From the NCBI GenBank assembly GCA_038062935.1, contig JBBTWG010000025.1, positions 1 to 46,014 of the forward strand: DNA of 46,014 nucleotides, written 5' to 3'. Shown here piece by piece: positions 9,559 to 18,182 of this stretch (positions are counted from its first letter, which is position 1; every line of letters begins with the position of its first letter). Position numbers and translations under genes: made by a program. The stretch comes from Patescibacteria group bacterium. GTDB taxonomy: Bacteria; Patescibacteriota; Gracilibacteria; UBA1369; UBA12463. The notes under the pieces were generated by a model. That model saw nothing but the letters and a program-made list of their open reading frames with translations, was not told the DNA's origin and searched no databases.

Positions 9559-12500
9559 ATGGAAAATCTCAACAGCGTCCCAGCCCAGACATCTCCAACT
9601 CCAGCCCCAGCACCGAGTGCACCACCTTCCCCAGAGGGCGACCTCAAAAGGAAAAAAATGCTCGTCGGACTCTTCCTGGTGATTTTCGCCGGAGCAGTCG
9701 CCTATTTCTTCTCCAGCTCAGACATGTTCCGAGGAGCATTTCTCGCAGGACAGGAGAAGGAAGTTTTTCAGCAGGCCATGACAGACCTCTCAAAAACTGA
9801 TGGTGCCGATTATGAGGCGACATACAAGAATAAGATTGTTGTCGGAGATCAAACGCGAAATGTTGAGATAGCAGCAACAGGGAAACTGAATTTCGCTGGA
9901 ACCGAAGGAGCCCAGCACACGATCAAATTCACAGGAACAGGAAGCACAAAAGATCCAACGAGTTCAGAAAATACATTATTGCTCAGCGCCAAATTGGGCG
10001 AGTCTTTTCCAGAAGATGGGGAACAATTAGTGGATATTACCTGGGGAGATCTCGAGATGGAAGCAGAATTCGATCACACATATAAACTCTATAAATCAAC
10101 AAAAGAAAGTGACCTGAGTGATGCGGGAAATCTGGCAGGAAGCAATACCTATTTCAACAATTCATTTGGTGCCACAGTCCCAAAAAAATATACAGATCTC
10201 CTCACATCAAGCGGAACATATTTTTATAGAATGTTGAAAGTATCGAAGACAGAGCAAACGCAAGTTTTGAAAACTTCAAAGACCGTCAGTGTCACGCATT
10301 CTACAACGCCAAAACCAGCTGAAAGTGTCGTCATTAAATATCTCTACACAGATGACAAAGGCATTAATCTCACGTGGTTCGATCCAAATCCAAGCACTGG
10401 TAAAAGATACGAAGTATACAGAATTCGAACCGTGGGCGCAAACCCTCTGATCGATGGAGCGCCAATCAGTTCAGTAACAATAACAGCAGAAACGCAAAGT
10501 CAGCAGGGAGCAACATATGCAGATACCAACGCAAAAATTGGAGAAGAATATTATTATTTCGTCAGAAAAATTGGAGCCAACGACATAGTTCTTATCCAAT
10601 CACCAGATTCAGCGCATGTGACATGGAGTGGCGAGGCAGACATTGATATTGAAAACATCGATGGATTCGGTCTCAAGGTTGCATTTCAGTCTCCAAATAC
10701 AACAACATTTTATCCAGTATCGATTACACTCGAACCAACATTCGAGGTGGATAGCTACAAATTATTCAAAAATACATTCGTCGATGGAGTAAAGATAGGA
10801 AAAACAGAACTGGAAAAAACTATTCCAGCTTCTGCAGACGGAAAAACTCTCATAAACATGGGAGAAGGTATCGATCCAGGAACCTATCAATGGATCATCG
10901 TCGGGATGAAAAATGGAAAAGGAGTAGCAAAATTTGAGGACGAGGTCAGAACTTTGCCACATGTTCCAGACGCAGGACCTTCGCCAGAATTTTTCACAGC
11001 GACCGGCAATGTGGAAGGAGCAAAAATCACTCTTAATTGGAAAGATGACGCAACGACTATTCCAGCAAAAGACTGGGCATATTACATCCATGAAGGACCA
11101 ACAGAATCTGCGGCATTGAAAAAAACATTTGTCGGTCAAAATCTTGGTACTAGTTGGAATGCATCGCCAGGGACATACTTTTTTTTCATCGTCAAAAAAA
11201 CATTGGATGATAATGTCATGGTCGCCCAATCACAACTCATCAAGCTAGAAGTGCTAGCCCCAGAGCCAATGATTTTGAGCGGAACAATGAATCCCGGAGT
11301 GGGCATTACTTTAACTTTCAGCGATCCAGCACAATCGGAAAACGACCAGTATATTATGTACAAAACATTATCTCCGGGTGCAGTGAAAAACACAACAAGT
11401 TTGGTGGCAGCAGAAGAATACATTTTACAGCAGTTGGCTCCCGGCACATGGGATTATAACAATGCTAATTTTCCTGAAGAACATCAGTTTAAAAATGGTG
11501 TGACATATTACTTTGTTGTAGGGAAATACATCACAGGAGCCGCAGAATTTATTTCTGTATCAAACGAATTTTCTATTACCTATGAGGATGCACCACCAGT
11601 CGCCTTCCTCCCAACATCAAAATCGTTCGCTTCGATGCTCATGGCTGACGTATTGCCTCCAGCGGGAGAGAAATCCCCATACGAAGAAACGATCTCCGGC
11701 GGCGGAACACTCACAGAAACAAAAGGTGGACTCCAGGGAACATTAACTCTTGCTGATCGCTACGAGGTACTTGGCACGGAATACACCCAATCCATCATCA
11801 TGCAAATAAAAAACGGAAAAATAGAATCCGTAGTAGGAAATTTAGGGAGTCTGGAAAATAACAATGAGCCAGCACTCCAGTTCATCACTCAAGATTTCCT
11901 GGAAAAGGGCTACGAACAATATTTCAAGATCAACGCATTCCTCGAAGCATATCAGAAAGATTTGAACGCTCTCAGGGATGGAATCCAAAATGCCGCAACA
12001 AACACAGCATTGGCAGACGCGACATCCAAGAATGATGGCGGATATGAGTCGACAGTCGATGCATTCACAACAAAAATGGCATCATACCCAGAAAATGCAG
12101 CCGACAAGAAAATTATCTTTCTCACAGACAAAAATAAAATCACAGCCATCGAAGCAACTCTCAAGTTCGGAGAAGGAAAAACATCTTTATTTTTCATCAA
12201 TAATCTCCACGCCGGAACAGGTGCACCAGCAGGGAACCCACCAGTAAACCCACCAGCAGGCGGCGGAGGCGGCAGTAGCGGCCCAAGCGTCACCGGCGGC
12301 GGAAGCGGCCCATCCACGCTCGACATTCTTGCCCTCAAAAAAGCAAAAGAAGATGCCGAGAAGCTCAAGAGTCAGGTAAATATAACCCCGGTAGTAGAGC
12401 AACTCTCTCCATTCGTCGACGTCACTCCAGGGACATACGGTTTCAGCGCTATCGTACGTCTGTCGAAGAACGGCCTCATCGAAGGGTATCCACAAAAAAA

Positions 12501-13026
12501 TGGAACTATCCTTTTTAAGCCAGGGAAATCAGTCATTCGCGCAGAAATGTCAAAAATGATTTTGGGCAGTATCTGTATGGAGCCAAGCGATGTCGCAAAA
12601 AAGCCACCACAAATTTACGGCGACGTACAGCCAGGAACATGGTTCTTCCCATACACAAAACAGGCATACATCAAAGGATATTTCACCGGATACAAAGGTG
12701 AGAGAAACGCAGCCGGCCAGGAAATAAAATTATTCCGCCCAGGAAACACCATCACTCAGGCCGAAGTCATCAAGCCATTGATCGAAATCCTCCGAAGAGA
12801 AGGATTCCTCGATCTCAAAGGCATGAAGACGGAGAATCCATGGTACCTCCCCTACATGAGAGTTGCCAAAGACCTGGAACGATTCTGGCAGGACAAAGAA
12901 AATCCACCAGAAGTCACTTCACTGCTCAGCGAAGATGAAGAAAATCCAGGAAAACCAATGACTCGTGGAGAAGCAGCCGTCTTCATCGACCGCATGTTGA
13001 GTATCTACGGATCCTGCAGAGAATAA
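9559..13026 (+). CDS. Giant cell-surface protein, paralog of the upstream gene (signal anchor, FN3-like repeats, 3 SLH domains)
   Basis: It is 1155 aa with the same architecture. The anchor is MLVGLFLVIFAGAVAYFFSSSDMFRGAFL (upstream gene: ILGIFVVIIIAGLVSYFFSQSSLFRGTFL). A shared internal block is SGGGTLTETKGGLQGTLTLADRY (upstream: SGGGKLTQADTGLTGKLTLARSF). The SLH motifs are FVDVTPGTYGFSAIVRLSKNGLIEGY...VIRAEMSKMI, YGDV...ITQAEVIKPL and ...MTRGEAAVFIDRM. The C-terminal endings are similar (IYGSCRE versus IYNGCQK). Confidence 0.9.
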   Translation: MENLNSVPAQTSPTPAPAPSAPPSPEGDLKRKKMLVGLFLVIFAGAVAYFFSSSDMFRGAFLAGQEKEVFQQAMTDLSKTDGADYEATYKNKIVVGDQTRNVEIAATGKLNFAGTEGAQHTIKFTGTGSTKDPTSSENTLLLSAKLGESFPEDGEQLVDITWGDLEMEAEFDHTYKLYKSTKESDLSDAGNLAGSNTYFNNSFGATVPKKYTDLLTSSGTYFYRMLKVSKTEQTQVLKTSKTVSVTHSTTPKPAESVVIKYLYTDDKGINLTWFDPNPSTGKRYEVYRIRTVGANPLIDGAPISSVTITAETQSQQGATYADTNAKIGEEYYYFVRKIGANDIVLIQSPDSAHVTWSGEADIDIENIDGFGLKVAFQSPNTTTFYPVSITLEPTFEVDSYKLFKNTFVDGVKIGKTELEKTIPASADGKTLINMGEGIDPGTYQWIIVGMKNGKGVAKFEDEVRTLPHVPDAGPSPEFFTATGNVEGAKITLNWKDDATTIPAKDWAYYIHEGPTESAALKKTFVGQNLGTSWNASPGTYFFFIVKKTLDDNVMVAQSQLIKLEVLAPEPMILSGTMNPGVGITLTFSDPAQSENDQYIMYKTLSPGAVKNTTSLVAAEEYILQQLAPGTWDYNNANFPEEHQFKNGVTYYFVVGKYITGAAEFISVSNEFSITYEDAPPVAFLPTSKSFASMLMADVLPPAGEKSPYEETISGGGTLTETKGGLQGTLTLADRYEVLGTEYTQSIIMQIKNGKIESVVGNLGSLENNNEPALQFITQDFLEKGYEQYFKINAFLEAYQKDLNALRDGIQNAATNTALADATSKNDGGYESTVDAFTTKMASYPENAADKKIIFLTDKNKITAIEATLKFGEGKTSLFFINNLHAGTGAPAGNPPVNPPAGGGGGSSGPSVTGGGSGPSTLDILALKKAKEDAEKLKSQVNITPVVEQLSPFVDVTPGTYGFSAIVRLSKNGLIEGYPQKNGTILFKPGKSVIRAEMSKMILGSICMEPSDVAKKPPQIYGDVQPGTWFFPYTKQAYIKGYFTGYKGERNAAGQEIKLFRPGNTITQAEVIKPLIEILRREGFLDLKGMKTENPWYLPYMRVAKDLERFWQDKENPPEVTSLLSEDEENPGKPMTRGEAAVFIDRMLSIYGSCRE
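12412..12999 (+). other. Three tandem SLH domains at the C-terminus of the 1155-aa protein
   Basis: Same motif pattern as 8966-9497. Even the DNA at the first motif (ccattcgtcga) is shared. Confidence 0.8.
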
Positions 13027-13029
13027 ACC

Positions 13030-13842
13030 CTATCGCCACTTCCAGAAATATTTCGTCGCACTCTGAATGTGCAGCCAAAAAACTTTCCGGAAGAGAAGAT
13101 GCAAAAAATTTCCCCCACTCAGGCGCTTGTGATAATGATTCACGAGCGCTTTTGGGAAATAGATGACTTTGTAGCCAGCCTTGCGAATCTCTTTGCACAG
13201 ATCGAAATCTTCCATAAACAGAAAATATCGATCATCAAAACCGCCGACTTCTTCGTACACTTTGCGCGGAATCAACATCGCAGCGCCTGTCACGAGCTCC
13301 ACTTCCTGCGTCGAATCGTGGTGAAAATCACCCATCAGATAGCGCTGTAAACGTCGTCTTCCCCACGAAGTTTCTGAAAGAAAAGTGCGCTTAATCACGA
13401 GATCCCAAAACCCCATATCACGTCGACACGACTCCTGGACGCGTCCATCCGCATACACAAGTTTCGGAGCCAGGATGCCAATTTCTGGATGCTGTTCGAT
13501 GTAGTCCATCAAGATTTGCAGCGTATCTTCTTGTACCGTCGTATCCGGGTTCAGAATGAAAAAATAGTCACCCGTCGCGTGGCGTACACCGAGATTGTTC
13601 CCACCCGCAAATCCCAGATTCCGGTGACTGCGAAAAAGTTGAATGCGCTTTTCCTGTGCAGCACGTTCGAGGAAGCCGAGACTGATAGGATCGGTCGACC
13701 CATTATCTACAAAAATAATTTCAAAATCAAAATCAGTTACACTTTTTTCGAGAGCCTCCACCGAAAGTTTCGGAAAATGCTTGTGGTTGAAATTGACGGT
13801 AATGACAGAAAGTTTCACCACGAAAGTATAGGGAAAAATCAC
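13030..13842 (-). CDS. Family 2 glycosyltransferase (GT-A fold)
   Basis: VITVNFNHKHFPKLSVEALEKS..DFEIIFVDNGSTD, ..RNLGFAGGNNLG.. and ..GAAMLIPRKVYEEVGGFDDRYFLFMEDFDLC are classic GT2 motifs. Confidence 0.85.
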   Translation of the reverse strand: MIFPYTFVVKLSVITVNFNHKHFPKLSVEALEKSVTDFDFEIIFVDNGSTDPISLGFLERAAQEKRIQLFRSHRNLGFAGGNNLGVRHATGDYFFILNPDTTVQEDTLQILMDYIEQHPEIGILAPKLVYADGRVQESCRRDMGFWDLVIKRTFLSETSWGRRRLQRYLMGDFHHDSTQEVELVTGAAMLIPRKVYEEVGGFDDRYFLFMEDFDLCKEIRKAGYKVIYFPKALVNHYHKRLSGGNFLHLLFRKVFWLHIQSATKYFWKWR

Positions 13843-13849
13843 GAATTGC

Positions 13850-15202
13850 TCAACTTTTTCTGAGCTTCTCCATCATTTTCTCGCGAGCGCTCAGGTCCAT
13901 CTTTGTGCGATTTTCACGCTTCTCCAAAGTCCATTTTCCGTACACAAACTGTCGATCTCCGATGTCTTCGCCAATGCACAAACCCGAAGCAACAAAAGAG
14001 TTATTCCCAATTTTCACGCCCGGCATAATGCTGGTATTCACGCCAATCCGCACACCCTCCGCAATCATTGCGCCGAGTTTATTCGTGCCGCTCTCAATTT
14101 TCTCTACGCCATGTGCTCCCGCAATCTGCACCGAAATCGGCGCTTCATCCAGCCGCAAATTCGCTACCACCGCGCCAGAACCAAAAGACACATTCGACGC
14201 AATCACGCTGTCGCCAATGTAATTCGTATGTGTCCACACATGCGACGCGAGATAACTCCGCACAATCTCCGTAGAAAAACCCACAACCGAACCTTCACCA
14301 ATGTGTGAATCACGCACCAAAGCATTATTCGCCACCACCGCATTTTTTCCGATATACGCCGGACCCTGAATCACCGCATGATCGAAAACTCGCACGCCGT
14401 CCTCGAGAATCACATCGCCGCGGAGAATCGCAGTTTCCGCAATCTGCGCGCCAGCGCCATGCAGCCTGTTTCCCGCGCCTTCCATTCCGCCGCCAGCCGC
14501 CTTTCGCAAAACCATCTCCCGCGCAAAAAGCATTTTCCACACCGCAATCAAATGCCAAGGAAATTTCACCGCCTGCCAAGCCCCCGTGTATACACACGCA
14601 CGAATCTCCACGCCCGCAGAAATCATCGCATCCAGAGCCACTTCATAACGATCATCGCGCCCAGTCTTCGCATTCTTGAGCGCCTCGAAAAGCCTCCCCG
14701 GTTCGCGGTGGAGATGCGCCACAATGTTCACGAGATCACTCGGCTCTTTCCCGGCACCCGGTTTTTCAAGAATTTTTTCGACCAATCCATCGGACGAAAT
14801 TTTCAAATATCCGCCAGGAAAATAAGACGTCACTTTTTTTGCCAGCAGCGCACTCATTTTCTCTGCGAGAAGCGATGTATAGGCGCTATCCTCGATCACA
14901 TCATTGCTACTCACCACCAGAAAAGGCTCATCACCAATCAAATCCTCCACACTGAGTACCGCACCCGCCATTCCATCTTCCAGTTTTTTCTGCTCAACAA
15001 CGCTCACCATCGACCCGAAAACTTTTCCCAATTCCTCGAGATTATGTCGCCCACCCACCACGATCACATCTTCAAAACCGCATCGTCGCAACTGCTCCAC
15101 TTGATGCACGATGAGCGGCTTCCCCAGCATCGGCAAGAAATTTTTATCCGGCAACGGCGCCATGCGTTTACTCTGTCCCGCAGCAAGAATAATGGCTTTC
15201 AT
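13850..15202 (-). CDS. Bifunctional GlmU-like protein: sugar-1-phosphate nucleotidyltransferase plus left-handed beta-helix (hexapeptide) acyltransferase
   Basis: The N-terminus MKAIILAAGQSKRM...LPMLGKPLI is the NTP-transferase signature. The C-terminal half is made of hexapeptide repeats (IGKNAVVANNALVRDSHIGEGSVVG...VRIGVNTSIMPGVKIGNNSFV). The sugar specificity cannot be read from the sequence. Confidence 0.8.
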   Translation of the reverse strand: MKAIILAAGQSKRMAPLPDKNFLPMLGKPLIVHQVEQLRRCGFEDVIVVGGRHNLEELGKVFGSMVSVVEQKKLEDGMAGAVLSVEDLIGDEPFLVVSSNDVIEDSAYTSLLAEKMSALLAKKVTSYFPGGYLKISSDGLVEKILEKPGAGKEPSDLVNIVAHLHREPGRLFEALKNAKTGRDDRYEVALDAMISAGVEIRACVYTGAWQAVKFPWHLIAVWKMLFAREMVLRKAAGGGMEGAGNRLHGAGAQIAETAILRGDVILEDGVRVFDHAVIQGPAYIGKNAVVANNALVRDSHIGEGSVVGFSTEIVRSYLASHVWTHTNYIGDSVIASNVSFGSGAVVANLRLDEAPISVQIAGAHGVEKIESGTNKLGAMIAEGVRIGVNTSIMPGVKIGNNSFVASGLCIGEDIGDRQFVYGKWTLEKRENRTKMDLSAREKMMEKLRKS

Positions 15203-16182
15203 GCGACCATTGTAGCAGGCATTCGATATTTCTGCACGACACGGTCGATTTCATACTTTGGATGCTCCATGTCTGGCTCCATCAAAACTTTCCAAAATTC
15301 CGGCGCCTGATCTTCATGTGCAATCAAACTTGTATGCGCAATCCGCTCATGCGGCTCACAGAGCGGAACAATGGTATCGGGATTATGTTCGCGCCGCAGC
15401 GAAAACCGCTCCGTATGGTGCCAAATATCCGCTGGTTTATTGCAATTCGGAAACCCGCAAACACCTTTATATTTTTCCTGGATTTTCCGACGAATTTCAG
15501 CAGGAATATGCCGTGTCACGCATTCGGATTTTTGCGAAGATTTCCCGGGAACCCTCGCCGAAACCGGCTTTTTCTGCGCCTCCGCCAGTTTCAAAAATTC
15601 CTCCATCACTTCTCCGAGAGTCAGAGGTCTCCTGAATTTCTTCTCAAGCTGTTGCTGAAAAACACGAATTCGCGCCGCCGTTCTGCGGCTTACGGAAAAG
15701 GACAGAGTTTCGCGATCAGATACTGTCGATGAATTTTCAGCTTTATTTTCCCAGCCGGCTGGGAATTCAGCTTCAGAGTTGACTTTTTGTAACTTGAGTT
15801 CATGAACATACGTTTGAAGTGCCGATTTCGGCATCATCACGACTTTTTCAAGCCACATATCTTCATTTTCGGGTCGCACAAGAGAAGACACCACCTGCAG
15901 TTTCGACCACCCAACCTCACCAGACTGCAATTTTTCCTGAAGTTTCGGGGTTTCTTTCAAGTGCTCATTTACACGTAAAACTTCTTCCACGGTCTCACGG
16001 CTTACTCCAGCCAGCCGCGCAGCAAATTCGTAGACCGAATGCATGCCATATTTTCGATATAATTTTCGCCGTTCCACCTCCGGCAACATACCCAAGAATT
16101 GATTCCGATACTTCAAAATCAGCGTGCCAATTTCACGACAACGCTCATACATTTGGCAATCAGAAAAAGTTGAAAAATCCAT
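15199..16182 (-). CDS. HNH endonuclease-domain protein
   Basis: The C-terminal segment CGFPNCNKPADIWHHTERFSLRREHNPDTIVPLCEPHERIAH is an HNH/zinc-finger nuclease motif. Its stop overlaps the GlmU-like start (ATGA at 15199-15202). Confidence 0.75.
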   Translation of the reverse strand: MDFSTFSDCQMYERCREIGTLILKYRNQFLGMLPEVERRKLYRKYGMHSVYEFAARLAGVSRETVEEVLRVNEHLKETPKLQEKLQSGEVGWSKLQVVSSLVRPENEDMWLEKVVMMPKSALQTYVHELKLQKVNSEAEFPAGWENKAENSSTVSDRETLSFSVSRRTAARIRVFQQQLEKKFRRPLTLGEVMEEFLKLAEAQKKPVSARVPGKSSQKSECVTRHIPAEIRRKIQEKYKGVCGFPNCNKPADIWHHTERFSLRREHNPDTIVPLCEPHERIAHTSLIAHEDQAPEFWKVLMEPDMEHPKYEIDRVVQKYRMPATMVA

Positions 16183-16205
16183 ACTCAGTGACGATAAGGA
16201 ATATA

Positions 16206-16223
16206 GGTAAGTATATACTCACC
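16206..16223. promoter_or_regulatory. 18-bp near-perfect palindrome (GGTAAGTATATACTCACC) between purP and the HNH gene
   Basis: 8 of 9 positions pair. It lies about 25-40 nt upstream of the HNH ATG and about 35 nt downstream of the purP stop. It could be an operator or a weak hairpin. Confidence 0.3.
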
Positions 16224-16258
16224 ATCTATAAAGTGCAATAGAAAAATCTGGGAACAGT

Positions 16259-17383
16259 TTACGTAAGAATGGAACGCAACTTTCCAGCCATCTCCGCCTC
16301 CGAAATTTCCTTCGCAATCCGTTCCCCATAACTCATCGAATCACCCCAAAGATAGCCGCTATACGGCGTAAAAGCGGTCCCCGGCGAACCTGGAATGCGC
16401 ATGCTCACATCGAACACAAAGAAATTTTCACGGCCATCATCTGTGTTAACCGCTCCCTGCAAGGCAAAAGGTCCAATCATTCCGGGTGGAACCTGGAGCT
16501 TCATAGTATTCACGAAATCTTCTCCAGCTCTAAAAAATTTTTCCAACAGTGATTCTTTCACCGTCACCGCGATGTGCCCCGTTTCGATACGAATTGCCTT
16601 CTGATGAGAAGCCGGGATGAGAGCCTGTTCCCATGCAGGAAGTCGTAGAATGCCATCTAGATTTGTTTGTCGTCGCATATCTGTTCCCATAATTTCCAAT
16701 TCACTGTTCATGACAGAGTAGAAATAATTCACATTCACCTGCGCTCCTAAAATATATTCTTCGATAGTTGCACTCTCCAAATCTCGACGATCAATTTCAC
16801 CAGCCTGGATGCGTCGTTCCGATTCAGCAACGTATTCATTATAATTGCTCGCAATAAAAAACGCGCGCTCATATTTCCGCGTCGCTTCATTCACTTTCAC
16901 AATCACCAGTCGATCAATATCACGCGGACTGGCAAAAATCTTCGGCATCCGAATCCCAGCCCGAGCCAAAATTTCATACTGATTTCCCGGCACATTTCTC
17001 TCCTCCAATTTCACCGCTTCACGAGTCCCATACATCGGCACCAGAAAATCATTTTCAATCTTTTCAAAATCGCAATACACCCAAAAATATCGATTGTGCA
17101 CGAAAATTACATTCTTCGCCCGTAACTGTTCCTGCAACCCCACGATATCCCCAAATTTTTCCACCACCAAAACTTCATCCACACATCCACGACCATCACG
17201 AGTCGCATAATACTGCGAATACGTCTTCTCGCGCCCTTTCTGCGCCACAACCAAAGTCCGAAACCCATATTTCTTCGCTCCCCGACACACATCCAGAGCA
17301 CTATGCCCCCCGAGGACCCCGATCGTTAATTTCGAAAGATCATACTTGGAAAGGACTTCGGCGAGCTGTTTTTGGGAGATCAT
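16259..17383 (-). CDS. purP: 5-formaminoimidazole-4-carboxamide ribonucleotide (FAICAR) synthetase, archaeal type (PurP), paralog 1
   Basis: MISQKQLAEVLSKYDLSKLTIGVLGGHSALDVCRGAKKYGFRTLVV...HNRYFWVY...PPGMIGPFALQ... matches the PurP ATP-grasp family layout. I placed the start at the internal ATG 17383 (family-typical MIS... N-terminus), not at the ORF-track ATG 17434, which would overlap the upstream gene. Confidence 0.85.
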   Translation of the reverse strand: MISQKQLAEVLSKYDLSKLTIGVLGGHSALDVCRGAKKYGFRTLVVAQKGREKTYSQYYATRDGRGCVDEVLVVEKFGDIVGLQEQLRAKNVIFVHNRYFWVYCDFEKIENDFLVPMYGTREAVKLEERNVPGNQYEILARAGIRMPKIFASPRDIDRLVIVKVNEATRKYERAFFIASNYNEYVAESERRIQAGEIDRRDLESATIEEYILGAQVNVNYFYSVMNSELEIMGTDMRRQTNLDGILRLPAWEQALIPASHQKAIRIETGHIAVTVKESLLEKFFRAGEDFVNTMKLQVPPGMIGPFALQGAVNTDDGRENFFVFDVSMRIPGSPGTAFTPYSGYLWGDSMSYGERIAKEISEAEMAGKLRSILT

Positions 17384-17405
17384 GGCGAGAGTATAGCAGA
17401 AAACC

Positions 17406-18182
17406 CTATTTCCGCTCAAACGTGCCAAACACATGACTCGTATTCTGCGCCGGATCGACGAGGTTCATCAAACTCGCAGACGACGTCCTCTTCCACAGCA
17501 CGAAGTGTCGCGCGCCCTGCGCTTCCATCAATTTCAAAGTCACGTACAAAGTTTCCGGTGAATCAAAAGCGACCGCATCATCGCCTTCATCAGATTTTCC
17601 AATCGCAATCGACTTTGCCAAACCCAGAATTTTTTCAAAATCCACCGACTCATTCGACTCCAACCACGCAATCGCCCGCGCATCATTCTCCAGCGCATCT
17701 TTTTCGCCAACATAATGCGTAAAATCCACACTTGCGAGCACGAGCGTCTGCACATCCACACGCGGTAAAAGTTCCTTCACCAACGCATCCAAATTTTCCT
17801 GCGGCGTCTGGGGTTTCAGAATAATCGGAAGAATTTCCGCATCAGAAAAATATTTTTTGATGAAAGGAATATGCACCATAATCCCATGCTCTTTCGGAAA
17901 ATATCGCGGTGACTCCGACATCTGAACATAGCGCAATCCATATCCAAAATGATTCGGACTCAATAAAATAATTTTTCGCACATCAGAAAACTCGCGCTGC
18001 AAGTGTTGATAAAATTCATCAATGAAACTTTCCACCAGCAGATGATGCGGCAACACCGCACCGCGCAGCAGCGTATTTTCACGCACGTTCGACATTGACC
18101 CACACGCCGTCAGCAGAAGCAGCAAACCGCCGCACAAAATATGCTTTAATATTGCCATGCGCTGGATGAAGTACCGCCCCAT
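17406..18182 (-). CDS. MEMO1/AmmeMemoRadiSam-B family protein with a lipoprotein signal peptide
   Basis: Memo-family motifs are present: GAVLPHH, ILLSPNHFG, EHGIMVHIPFIKKYF, ILPIIL and LVLASVDFTHY. The N-terminus MAILKHILCGGLLLLLTAC has a lipobox (LTAC). The alternative start at 18158 gives a cleaner signal peptide. Confidence 0.7.
   Translation of the reverse strand: MGRYFIQRMAILKHILCGGLLLLLTACGSMSNVRENTLLRGAVLPHHLLVESFIDEFYQHLQREFSDVRKIILLSPNHFGYGLRYVQMSESPRYFPKEHGIMVHIPFIKKYFSDAEILPIILKPQTPQENLDALVKELLPRVDVQTLVLASVDFTHYVGEKDALENDARAIAWLESNESVDFEKILGLAKSIAIGKSDEGDDAVAFDSPETLYVTLKLMEAQGARHFVLWKRTSSASLMNLVDPAQNTSHVFGTFERK

Noticed and set aside
14378-15310. A 310-aa plus-strand ORF, with several smaller ones between 13905 and 15104, antisense to the GlmU-like gene.
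   Set aside because: Its composition is Arg/His/Pro/Ser-rich and low in complexity, with no motifs. The minus-strand frame has clear nucleotidyltransferase and hexapeptide-repeat homology, so this is a shadow ORF.
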